34,904 nucleotides of DNA, from the sequence record DRR723986_10619, one strand, 5' to 3'. Every line of letters begins with the position of its first letter. The stretch's first letter is position 1. The translations under genes and the position numbers were made by a program. Shown in pieces: positions 1-8,381 of the stretch. The notes under the pieces were generated by a model. The model made no database searches. It was not told the DNA's origin and saw only the letters and a program-made list of their open reading frames with translations.

Positions 1-1117
1 CAAGCTCAACATGGACGAATTCGCCATGGGGTCCTCCAACGAGACGTCCCGGTTCGGCCCGCCGATTAACCCGTGGCGCCGCAAGGGCGACAATGCCGGC
101 CTGACACCGGGCGGTTCGTCCGGTGGATCAGCAGCTGCAGTTTCGGGCGACCTTTGCCTCGCGGCGACGGCATCCGATACAGGTGGCTCGATCCGCCAGC
201 CTGCGGCGTTCACTGGCACAGTTGGCATCAAGCCAACCTACGGCCGCGCAAGCCGCTGGGGCATGGTGGCATTTGCGTCGTCGCTGGACCAGGCTGGCCC
301 GATTGCGAAGACGGTCGAAGACTCTGCGATTCTTCTGGACGTCATGTGCAGCCATGACCCGAAGGATTCCACATCGCTTCAGGTCGATCAGCCTGATTGG
401 CGCGCAGACGTTTCCAAAGGTGTCAAAGGCATGCGCATCGGTATTCCCAAGGAGTACCGGATGGACGGCATGTCCGAAGAGATCGATACCCTCTGGAACC
501 AAGGTATCGAGTGGCTGAAGGCTGCGGGTGCCGAGATCGTCGACATCAGCCTGCCGCATACGAAGTATGCCTTGCCGGCATATTACATCGTTGCTCCAGC
601 TGAAGCGTCTTCAAATCTCGCGCGCTATGACGGCATGCGCTATGGCGCAAGGGTGGATGGTAACAATCTGACCCAAACTTACGAGGCAACTCGCGCCAAC
701 GGTTTTGGCCGGGAAGTTCAGCGTCGCCTCATGATCGGGACGTACGTTCTGTCATCGGGCTACTATGACGCCTATTACCTGCGGGCCCAGAAGGTTCGTA
801 CCAAGATCCTGAACGACTTCGTCGATGCTTTCGAAAGCTGCGATGCGATCCTGACGCCGACTTGTCCGTCGCCCGCCTTCGCTTTTGGCGAGAAAAGCGG
901 TGATCCGGTCGAGATGTACCTCAACGATGTGTTCACGGTGACGACGAACCTTGCTGGCCTTCCAGGCATTTCCATACCTGCCGGTCTTTCATCCGATGGC
1001 TTGCCGCTGGGCTTGCAGGTAATCGGCAAGGCATTGGACGAGTCGGCCTGTTTCCGCGTTGGTGGTGAACTGGAACGTGCAGCAGGGTTCGTGGCCAGAC
1101 CGGAGAAGTGGTGGTAG
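1..1117 (+). CDS. gatA: Asp/Glu-tRNA amidotransferase subunit A (5' partial; frame open from position 2, [12 protein letters not shown])
   Basis: Amidase signature [11 protein letters not shown]...[38 protein letters not shown]; stop TAG at 1115-1117. Confidence 0.97.
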   Translation, partial: KLNMDEFAMGSSNETSRFGPPINPWRRKGDNAGLTPGGSSGGSAAAVSGDLCLAATASDTGGSIRQPAAFTGTVGIKPTYGRASRWGMVAFASSLDQAGPIAKTVEDSAILLDVMCSHDPKDSTSLQVDQPDWRADVSKGVKGMRIGIPKEYRMDGMSEEIDTLWNQGIEWLKAAGAEIVDISLPHTKYALPAYYIVAPAEASSNLARYDGMRYGARVDGNNLTQTYEATRANGFGREVQRRLMIGTYVLSSGYYDAYYLRAQKVRTKILNDFVDAFESCDAILTPTCPSPAFAFGEKSGDPVEMYLNDVFTVTTNLAGLPGISIPAGLSSDGLPLGLQVIGKALDESACFRVGGELERAAGFVARPEKWW

Positions 1118-1127
1118 GCTTCGCGCC

Positions 1128-1580
1128 ATGAACCGCTTTCTTGTATTGTTTGGCATCATGCTCGTCATCTCGATCGGTATGATCGCGACGGCAACGATGC
1201 AGGCTGATTTCAGTCTTCTGGATTCGAAAGCCACCCCGCTTTGGCTCGCTGCTGTAGCCGTGGCGGCATATGTCGCCTGGCGTATCGATGGTGTGCTGAA
1301 ACGCCGTGAGCGGCGGCAGGATGCATCTGCCAATGGGGGCCGCAGCTTCCTGAAGGCGAAAGTCTCACCTTCGCAATCTGCAAGGGCTTCACGCGTTGCG
1401 GCACGCCGCAAGAAGCTTATCGCTGAAGGCAAGCTGGAAGCGGGCCCCGACCCCGAGGCTAAGTCGGAGGCGGACAAAGAAACCCCGTCTACGCGTGTCT
1501 CCCAGGCTGCTCCGATCAAGGATCGCATGGCCGCCCGGGCAGAACGTGTCAGGCAAGCGAAGGAACAGGGGAAGCTTTAG
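1128..1580 (+). CDS. Hypothetical inner-membrane protein, 150 aa: two N-terminal hydrophobic helices and a basic soluble C-terminal region
   Basis: ATG 10 nt after the gatA stop. Hydrophobic segments FLVLFGIMLVISIGMIATA and LWLAAVAVAAYVAW are followed by a basic patch (KRRERR). The track start at 1059 overlaps gatA. Confidence 0.75.
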   Translation: MNRFLVLFGIMLVISIGMIATATMQADFSLLDSKATPLWLAAVAVAAYVAWRIDGVLKRRERRQDASANGGRSFLKAKVSPSQSARASRVAARRKKLIAEGKLEAGPDPEAKSEADKETPSTRVSQAAPIKDRMAARAERVRQAKEQGKL

Positions 1581-1938
1581 GGGCTTTGTTGCGTTTGCTG
1601 GAAGGCGACACGTCTGTCGCGCTGACTGCTGGGGCTTTCGCGCCACCGCGGGGCCCATCCTCATCATCCGCTGCTTTTTCACCGCGATCCGCAATCCGGG
1701 TCACATGGACGCCGGCGCCGATCAGTCCGCCGATCGGACCGAACTGAAGCAGCATGGCGAGAATGAACAGGATCGGAATGTTCATATCCAGATTGCCAAG
1801 CGTCAGGAACAGGGCGCCAAACATGGTGCCGCCGAAGATGAGGCCGATGGCAAACCCGGCTATGATGTGACGCAGAAAGCCTTGCGCGATGTGGCGTTCA
1901 TCGTCGCTTGCGCCATCAAGGATCATTTTGAAGAGCAT
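1549..1938 (-). CDS. Hypothetical small membrane protein, 129 aa, 2 TM helices plus DDEDGPRGG tail
   Basis: Purine-rich AAGGGG leader before ATG 1938 (MLFKMILDG). Hydrophobic segments IIAGFAIGLIFGGTMFGALFLTL and IPILFILAMLLQFGPIGGLIGAGV. From memory it resembles small alphaproteobacterial 'RHxxxGFAI...DDDGPRGG' hypotheticals. Confidence 0.7.
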   Translation of the reverse strand: MLFKMILDGASDDERHIAQGFLRHIIAGFAIGLIFGGTMFGALFLTLGNLDMNIPILFILAMLLQFGPIGGLIGAGVHVTRIADRGEKAADDEDGPRGGAKAPAVSATDVSPSSKRNKAPKASPVPSLA

Positions 1939-2077
1939 TTTCTTTGTTTTCCCCTTCGCGCTTCCTCCCGAAGCAGTCGTGCAAATTTGCCGCACATCGC
2001 GACTAAGGAAAACCCCATAGTTTTCGGTAAGTCCATAAAACCGGATATTTCAGTGCCCTATGCAGTGTCAGCGCGGC

Positions 2078-2107
2078 TCGACAGGGCCATCCGCTGGGGG
2101 GTAAAAG
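2078..2107 (+). promoter_or_regulatory. Putative sigma70 promoter for gatB (TCGACA-N18-TAAAAG)
   Basis: Near-consensus -35/-10 about 35 nt upstream of the gatB ATG; GANTC (GATTC) at 2113-2117. Confidence 0.35.
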
Positions 2108-2140
2108 GTCCGGATTCTGCTGTGACCAATCGAGGAAAGC

Positions 2141-3652
2141 ATGTCTGTACGCACCCCCTACACGATCAAGGGCGACACAGGTGACTGGGAACTGGTAATG
2201 GGCCTCGAAGTCCACGCTCAGGTTTCTTCCAACGCCAAACTGTTTTCCGGGGCTGCCACGGCTTTTGGCGCCGATCCGAATTGCAATGTTTCGCTGGTCG
2301 ACGCGGCCATGCCCGGGATGCTGCCGGTCATCAACAAGTTCTGCGTGGAACAGGCGATCCGGACGGGACTGGGCCTAAAGGCGCAGATCAATCACTACAG
2401 CCGGTTTGACCGGAAGAACTATTTCTATCCTGACCTGCCGCAGGGCTATCAGATCAGCCAGTTCGCGCACCCGATTGTGGGCGAGGGTGAGATCGAGGTG
2501 GACGTGGAACCAGCTCACGGTGGTGAAGCTTATACCTTTCCGTGCCGGATCGAGCGCCTGCACCTGGAACAGGATGCCGGCAAATCCATCCACGACATGG
2601 ATCCGAATTCCACCTATGTGGACCTGAACCGATCCGGCGTGGCGCTGATGGAAATCGTGTCTCGGCCGGATGTACGCACGCCGGCGGAAGCGGCGGCTTA
2701 TGTGAAGAAGCTGCGTGCCATCGTGATCGCGCTCGGCACCTGCGACGGCGACATGGAGAAGGGCAACCTTCGCGCTGACGTGAACGTATCGGTCTGCCGG
2801 CCGGGGCAGTACGAGAAGTACCGCGAGACTGGTGACTTCGGCCATCTCGGCACGCGTTGCGAGATCAAGAATATGAACTCGTTCCGCTTCATCCAGCAGG
2901 CCATCGAGTATGAAGCCCGCCGCCAGATCGAAATTATCGAATCTGGTGGCAAGGTGGACCAGGAGACCCGCCTGTTCGATCCGAACAAGGGCGAGACGCG
3001 TTCCATGCGTTCCAAGGAAGACGCGCACGATTACCGCTATTTCCCGGACCCGGATCTTCTCCCTCTGGAAGTGGAAGAAGCCTGGATCGAGGAAATCCGG
3101 TCAACCCTGCCGGAACTGCCGGACGAAAAGCGTGCGCGTTTTGAGGCGGACTATGGCCTATCACGCTACGATGCGGGCGTGCTGACGGCGGAAGCTGATA
3201 AGGCTGCCTTCTTCGAGGAAGTCGCCAAGGGGCGCGATGCAAAGCTTGCAGCCAACTGGGTGACGCAGGAACTGTTCGGTTACCTGAACAAGGAAGGCCT
3301 GGAGCTGGCAGACAGCCCGGTCTCTGCCGCTGACCTTGGCGGCCTGATTGAGCTCATTTCCAATGATACGATCAGCGGCAAGATTGCCAAGGATGTCTTT
3401 GGGCGGATGATTGCCGGTGAAGGCAAGCCAGCCGATATCGTCGAGAAGCATGGCCTGAAGCAGGTGACCGATACGAGCGCTATCGAAAAGGTCGTCGACG
3501 AAATCATCGCCGCAAACCCCGAACAGGTGGCTCAGGTCAAGGAAAAGCCGAAGACTATGGGCTGGTTTGTCGGGCAGGTGATGAAAGCTTCGGGCGGCAA
3601 GGCCAACCCGAAAGCCGTCAACGATATCCTGAAAGTAAAACTCGGCCTGTAA
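2141..3652 (+). CDS. gatB: Asp/Glu-tRNA amidotransferase subunit B
   Basis: [55 protein letters not shown]-terminal YqeY-like domain; SD GAGG. Confidence 0.98.
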   Translation: MSVRTPYTIKGDTGDWELVMGLEVHAQVSSNAKLFSGAATAFGADPNCNVSLVDAAMPGMLPVINKFCVEQAIRTGLGLKAQINHYSRFDRKNYFYPDLPQGYQISQFAHPIVGEGEIEVDVEPAHGGEAYTFPCRIERLHLEQDAGKSIHDMDPNSTYVDLNRSGVALMEIVSRPDVRTPAEAAAYVKKLRAIVIALGTCDGDMEKGNLRADVNVSVCRPGQYEKYRETGDFGHLGTRCEIKNMNSFRFIQQAIEYEARRQIEIIESGGKVDQETRLFDPNKGETRSMRSKEDAHDYRYFPDPDLLPLEVEEAWIEEIRSTLPELPDEKRARFEADYGLSRYDAGVLTAEADKAAFFEEVAKGRDAKLAANWVTQELFGYLNKEGLELADSPVSAADLGGLIELISNDTISGKIAKDVFGRMIAGEGKPADIVEKHGLKQVTDTSAIEKVVDEIIAANPEQVAQVKEKPKTMGWFVGQVMKASGGKANPKAVNDILKVKLGL

Positions 3653-3655
3653 GCG

Positions 3656-4090
3656 TCAGAGCGCGGTGCGGATCTTTTCCGCGATCGGCTCGAGTTCTTC
3701 CGGCTTCGCCATGCCGCCTTCGGCATGGCGGCCGAGCGGCTTTCCTTCCCAGCGAGGGATGATGTGGAAGTGCAGGTGATAAACGGTCTGCCCCGCCGGT
3801 GCGCCGTTGAACTGGCTGACCATCAATCCGTCAGGCGTCAGGGCTTTCTCAACGGCGCGGGCCACTTTCTGCACCTTCAGCATATATTGGCCAAGATAGT
3901 CAGACGGCATGTCGAGGAAGTTCCGCGCTTCGACCAGTTTTGGAATGACCAGCGTGTGGCCAGCGCTCTGCGGAAAAACATCCATGAAGGCGAGGGCGAT
4001 GTCATCTTCATAGACTTTAATGCTCGGCATCTCACCGCGAACAATTTTCGCGAAGATGTTATTGGGATCGTAGGTGTCGTGGAGGGTCAT
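3656..4090 (-). CDS. HIT (histidine triad) family nucleotide hydrolase
   Basis: NIFAKI, GHTLVIPK, GQTVYHLHFHIIPR histidine-triad motif. Confidence 0.95.
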   Translation of the reverse strand: MTLHDTYDPNNIFAKIVRGEMPSIKVYEDDIALAFMDVFPQSAGHTLVIPKLVEARNFLDMPSDYLGQYMLKVQKVARAVEKALTPDGLMVSQFNGAPAGQTVYHLHFHIIPRWEGKPLGRHAEGGMAKPEELEPIAEKIRTAL

Positions 4091-4131
4091 ATTGAATTCT
4101 TCGTTCTTTGGAATGGATGATGCTGAGAGAG

Positions 4132-5301
4132 TTAGGTCTGCTCGCCTTTTTTGAAGGGGGTCCGTTCGGTCAGGTAGTCTTTATCGTGCTCCACAGCGGC
4201 GCGTTCGCGTTCCAGATAGTCTGCGACAGCATCCCGCAGACCAGGGTGGGCAATCCAGTGTGCTGAATAAGTCAGTACAGGGACGTAGCCTCGCGCTAGC
4301 TTGTGCCCGCCCTGGGCGCCAGCTTCGACGACGCTGAGGCCGTTTGCGATCGCGTAGTCGATAGCCTGATAGTAACAGGTTTCAAAGTGCAGCATCGGCC
4401 GAGGATCAATTGTGCCCCAGTAGCGGCCGTAAAGAATATCGGACCCGATCATGTTGAGCGCGCCCGCAATCGCTTCACCATTTTCCATCGCGAAGACGAA
4501 CAGCATATCGTCCGCCATCCGTTCACGTAAAAGCGAGAAGGTCTTGCGATTGAGGTAGGGGGAGCCCCACTTGCGGCTGCCTGTGTCCATATAGAATTCG
4601 AAGAACCGGTCGAGGTGCTCTTCGGTAATCTCGTCGCCGCACACATGGACAAACTCGAGCCCTTCTTGCGCTTTCGCACGTTCCTTGCGCAGGTTCTTGC
4701 GTTTCGAAGATGACAAGGCCGCCAGGAAGTCGTCGAAACTTTCATACCCTTCATTGAACCAATGGAATTGCTGATCCGTCCGCGTCAGCATCCCGTTGAG
4801 CATGAGGGACTGGGAATCCTCTTCTTCGAGAAAATTGATGTGAAGGGAGGAAATCTTGTTTTGTTCGGCGAAGCTTACCGCCGCGCTGAGCAGCAGAGAC
4901 TTGATCTTAGCCTCGTCCGGTCCGGGGGCGGCGAGGCGCCGGCGGCCGGTAACGGGTGTAAACGGCACGGCGCTCAGAAGCTTTGGATAGTAGGATCCGC
5001 CTGCACGTTCGAACGCATCAGCCCAGGAATGATCGAAGACGAACTCTCCGCGCGAATGCGTCTTGCCGTAGAGCGGCATTGCCCCGCGCAGCACATCGTT
5101 CGCATCCTTCACGAGGATATGCCGCGGGATCCAGCCGGATTCCGGCGTTGCGGCGCCTGAACTTTCCAGAGCCTCCAGGAATTCCCAGCTCAGGAACGGG
5201 TCCCTGCGAAGCCCCGGCGGGTTGGCAACGGCATTCCACTCATCCGGGTCGACGTCTTCGAGCCCTGTGACGATATTGATGCGGAAATTCGTTTCGTCCA
5301 T
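4132..5301 (-). CDS. GNAT/FemAB-like (DUF482) N-acyltransferase family protein
   Basis: HSRGEFVFDHSWADA, YYPKL..VPFTPVTG, LYGRYWG, LHFETCYYQAI, EAGAQG.HKLARGY. Start moved to ATG 5301 (GGAG upstream, just after the GDPD stop). Confidence 0.9.
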   Translation of the reverse strand: MDETNFRINIVTGLEDVDPDEWNAVANPPGLRRDPFLSWEFLEALESSGAATPESGWIPRHILVKDANDVLRGAMPLYGKTHSRGEFVFDHSWADAFERAGGSYYPKLLSAVPFTPVTGRRRLAAPGPDEAKIKSLLLSAAVSFAEQNKISSLHINFLEEEDSQSLMLNGMLTRTDQQFHWFNEGYESFDDFLAALSSSKRKNLRKERAKAQEGLEFVHVCGDEITEEHLDRFFEFYMDTGSRKWGSPYLNRKTFSLLRERMADDMLFVFAMENGEAIAGALNMIGSDILYGRYWGTIDPRPMLHFETCYYQAIDYAIANGLSVVEAGAQGGHKLARGYVPVLTYSAHWIAHPGLRDAVADYLERERAAVEHDKDYLTERTPFKKGEQT

Positions 5302-5311
5302 GGCTCCCAAT

Positions 5312-6046
5312 CTAGGTGCTAAGGCGCCGTGAAACCAGCTCCGGGTCCATATGTTCGAAGATGACAGCGGCCCCATGGTGCTTGCAGCGGTCGAGTTCAT
5401 CCTCACTTCGGACGGTCCAGACAACGATGGGGAGATTGCTGCCCTGGGACTTCAGCGCCGCGCGTTCGATGTCGGATGTATGCACTGCGAGGTAATCAAC
5501 TCCGTCCGTTACCGCGCGTTCAAGCACTGAGTCGAACGCGTCTTCACCAACCTTTGCTGTCGACCCGATCAGCTGGCCGCGCATCAATCCCATCGGCAAG
5601 GCGCGGACGGCTTTTTCGGAAAAGCTCATCGCAGCCGCAAAGCCTTTCCAGTGCGCCAGTCGATCACCGACTCGCCGGGCAAACGCCTCTGGATCAGTTT
5701 TCCCATCGATCTTCAGCTCGGTCAGCAGAGGAAGCTGATAAGGCCAGATGCGCAGGAGTTCGAGAAATGTCGGAAGGTGTTCCGATGAGCCGGCAAGCGA
5801 AAGCCGGCCCAACTCTTTTGCGTTCAGCTCTTCGGTCTTTCCGGACCGTTTTGTCATCCGGTCGAGTGTGTCGTCGTGAAAGACGACTGGCGTGCCATCA
5901 CGTGCCGGGCGGACATCGAATTCGATCCCCAGCCCGGCTGCGCGGGCTTGCCGAAAGGCCTCAAGCGAGTTCTCAGGCGGGCCGTTCGCCGACCACAGGC
6001 CGCGATGCGCATAGCGGAACTTGCGGGGGTCGAACGGCGTGGCCAT
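5312..6046 (-). CDS. Glycerophosphodiester phosphodiesterase (GDPD) family protein
   Basis: YAHRGL, PENSLEAF, IEFDV, VVFHDDTLDR, VWTV motifs. Confidence 0.92.
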   Translation of the reverse strand: MATPFDPRKFRYAHRGLWSANGPPENSLEAFRQARAAGLGIEFDVRPARDGTPVVFHDDTLDRMTKRSGKTEELNAKELGRLSLAGSSEHLPTFLELLRIWPYQLPLLTELKIDGKTDPEAFARRVGDRLAHWKGFAAAMSFSEKAVRALPMGLMRGQLIGSTAKVGEDAFDSVLERAVTDGVDYLAVHTSDIERAALKSQGSNLPIVVWTVRSEDELDRCKHHGAAVIFEHMDPELVSRRLST

Positions 6047-6048
6047 GG

Positions 6049-6510
6049 CTAGTCGGTAAACTCGATGACGGCATCCACTTCAACAGCAACACCAAGTGGA
6101 AGCACGGGGCAGGCAACGGCAGAGCGGGCGTGACGGCCAGCATCGCCAAAGACTTCAACCATGAGGTCGGAGCAGCCATTGATCACTTGCGGGATGTCCT
6201 TGAAATCGGGATGCGCATTTACGAAGCCGCCCAGTTTCACGACCTGCTTCACACGTGAAAGGTCTCCCAGGGCTGCCTTGCACTGGGAAATGATATTTAT
6301 CCCACACTGCCGCGCAGCCTGCTGGCCGGCGGAGAGTTCCATGTTTTCGCCGAGGCGGCCCAGCATCCGGCCTTCTGCTGTTGCGCTAACCTGGCCGGAG
6401 ATGAAGAGCAGATTTCCTGTGACGACATAGGGAACATAGGTGGCGACCGGTTTCATCGGTTCCGGAAGGGCGATGCCGAGGGCCTCGAGGCGGTCTTCAG
6501 GGGTACTCAT
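6049..6510 (-). CDS. RidA/YjgF/YER057c/UK114 family protein
   Basis: PVATYVPY, LFISGQ, VKLGGFVN, NGCSDL, GRHARSAV, LPLGVAVEV. Confidence 0.93.
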   Translation of the reverse strand: MSTPEDRLEALGIALPEPMKPVATYVPYVVTGNLLFISGQVSATAEGRMLGRLGENMELSAGQQAARQCGINIISQCKAALGDLSRVKQVVKLGGFVNAHPDFKDIPQVINGCSDLMVEVFGDAGRHARSAVACPVLPLGVAVEVDAVIEFTD

Positions 6511-6583
6511 GTATTTGGCTCCGGATTGGTATCAGCTGTCGAAGACTTGCCGCACACAGCGTCTGGCCGCAAGCGTTGTGCAC

Positions 6584-7864
6584 CTATTCCTTCGGTTCAT
6601 GATCCATGCGGGCCGCCCGGCCGGTCATGACCGCGTCTTTTCCGAACTTGGCCCGCGCGGCATCCGAGGCGCGTTCAGCGGCGGCGCGGCGAGCGATACG
6701 AGGGTCCAGCAGATCCACTTCGTCCGCGCGGTGATCGGAAAGTTCGGAAAGCCCGATACCGATCAATCGGTATTTCCGGCGCCCGTCAGCCTCCCGGGCC
6801 AGGAGCGGGCGGGCAGCCCGGAAGATCGATTGCGCGATCTGGGTGGGCTCGGTCAGGGAGACGCGGCGGGTGAGGGGTTTAAAGTCCGAAGTCTTGAGCT
6901 TCAGCGTGATAACGGCGCCGACGACACCGATCTGCTTGGCCCGGTCAGACGTTTTCACGCACAGGTTCCAGAGTTGGTCTTCAAGTGCTGCATGGTCTGC
7001 GATGTCTGTCCGGAAGGTCGTTTCGGTTGAGACGGATTTGCGTTCTTCATCGGTGCGGACAGGGCGATTGTCCTGACCATGCGCGACCCGCTTCAGCCAC
7101 ATGCCGGTCTCGCCATACCGGCCAAGCAACGCTTTGAGGTCGGCTTTCTGAAGGTCTCCGACGGTTTCAAACCCGTCCCGTTCCAGCTTGGCCGCGAATT
7201 TCGGTCCGACACCATGCAGAATCCCCACCGGGCGAGGCGCCAGAAGAGTTTCGGCTTCCTCCGGAGCGATGATCGCAAACCCCCTCGGCTTGTCGAGCTC
7301 GCTGGCGGTTTTTGCGAGGAACTTGTTGGATGACAGGCCGACCGAAACGGTAATGTGGAGTTCGTCTTCGATTTCGGCAGCGAGGCGGGCAAGGGATGCG
7401 GCGGGGGGCGCTCTGTGGATCGCTTCGGTTCCTGTGAGGTCCAGATAGGCCTCATCAATCGATACGTGCTGCACAAGCGGCGTGAGGGCCTCCATCTTCT
7501 CCCGGACAATAGCCGCAGCTTCTGAATACTTGTTGCGGCTAGGTTTTACGACGGTCGCTTCCGGGCACAATTTCAGGGCCTGGAACATGGGCATCGCCGA
7601 CCTCACGCCATACAGGCGGGCGATATAGCAGCAGGTCAGGACCACGCCGCGTTCGCCTCCGCCCACGATGATGGGTTTGTCCTTCAGGTCGGGGTTGTCT
7701 CTTTTTTCGATCGCCGCGAAGAATGCGTCGCAATCAATGTGTGCGACGCCCAGCCGATGAACGGCCGGGTGGCTGACAATACGGTGGCTGCTGCAGCTGG
7801 GGCAGGAATCACCATCCATCTGGTCGAAGTAAAAACAGTCCCGGCATAACAGGCTCATAGCCAT
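6584..7864 (-). CDS. dinB: DNA polymerase IV (Y family) with N-terminal C4 Zn-ribbon; start at 7864 or 7858
   Basis: HIDCDAFFAAIE, YIARLYGVRSAMP, SIDEAYLD, NKFLAKTAS..KPRG, KSVSTETTF; N-terminal CRDC...CPSC. The track extension to 8047 overlaps divK and is rejected. Confidence 0.95.
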   Translation of the reverse strand: MAMSLLCRDCFYFDQMDGDSCPSCSSHRIVSHPAVHRLGVAHIDCDAFFAAIEKRDNPDLKDKPIIVGGGERGVVLTCCYIARLYGVRSAMPMFQALKLCPEATVVKPSRNKYSEAAAIVREKMEALTPLVQHVSIDEAYLDLTGTEAIHRAPPAASLARLAAEIEDELHITVSVGLSSNKFLAKTASELDKPRGFAIIAPEEAETLLAPRPVGILHGVGPKFAAKLERDGFETVGDLQKADLKALLGRYGETGMWLKRVAHGQDNRPVRTDEERKSVSTETTFRTDIADHAALEDQLWNLCVKTSDRAKQIGVVGAVITLKLKTSDFKPLTRRVSLTEPTQIAQSIFRAARPLLAREADGRRKYRLIGIGLSELSDHRADEVDLLDPRIARRAAAERASDAARAKFGKDAVMTGRAARMDHEPKE

Positions 7865-7866
7865 AT

Positions 7867-7881
7867 GTTCATGCCATGTTC
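7867..7881. promoter_or_regulatory. Alphaproteobacterial LexA (SOS) box GTTC-N7-GTTC
   Basis: Exact GTTC-ATGCCAT-GTTC directly upstream of the dinB start. It overlaps a candidate dinB promoter (minus strand TTGCCG-N17-CATGAA, 7896-7868). Confidence 0.8.
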
Positions 7882-7909
7882 CGGGGATGGCGGCAATCTG
7901 AAGTGACCC

Positions 7910-7924
7910 GTAAACACCCGTTAA
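7910..7924. promoter_or_regulatory. CtrA-binding site upstream of divK (GTAA-N7-TTAA, 1 mismatch to TTAA-N7-TTAA)
   Basis: GTAA-ACACCCG-TTAA, 67 nt upstream of the divK ATG; divK is an established CtrA target in Caulobacter. Confidence 0.7.
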
Positions 7925-7991
7925 GCTTTTGCCGTATAGCTGGTCTGGTACGGTAAGGTCCGTCGCGAATCGCTCGTAATCGTGGGGAAAA

Positions 7992-8381
7992 ATGGCAGAC
8001 GCAAAAGCCAGAAAAGTGCTGGTTGTTGAGGACAATGAACTCAACATGCGCCTGTTTTGCGACCTGTTGGACGCCTACGGTTATGAGACCTACCAGTGCC
8101 GGGACGGCGCGAAAGCGGTTGAGATCGCCCGCAGAGAACAGCCCGACCTCATCATCATGGACATCCAGCTGCCGGAAGTATCCGGTCTCGATATCACACG
8201 CTGGCTGAAAGATGACGAGAAAGTCGCCCACATTCCTGTGCTTGCTGTGACTGCTTTCGCCATGCGCGCCGATGAACAACGCGTGCGGGAAGCCGGGTGC
8301 GAGGGATACCTCTCGAAGCCGATCCAGATCATGACCTTCATCAAGGCCGTGGAGTCGCTCATGCCGAAGGAGGCAGCATGA
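7992..8381 (+). CDS. divK: Single-domain cell-cycle response regulator DivK
   Basis: [40 protein letters not shown]; directly upstream of pleD. Confidence 0.95.
   Translation: MADAKARKVLVVEDNELNMRLFCDLLDAYGYETYQCRDGAKAVEIARREQPDLIIMDIQLPEVSGLDITRWLKDDEKVAHIPVLAVTAFAMRADEQRVREAGCEGYLSKPIQIMTFIKAVESLMPKEAA

Noticed and set aside
1396..2184. 262-aa plus-strand ORF spanning the gatA-gatB interval
   Set aside because: It overlaps three better-supported genes, is antisense to the membrane gene, and has no recognisable motif.
7865..8047. N-terminal extension of dinB
   Set aside because: It overlaps divK and the promoter region. DinB homology begins at the Zn ribbon.
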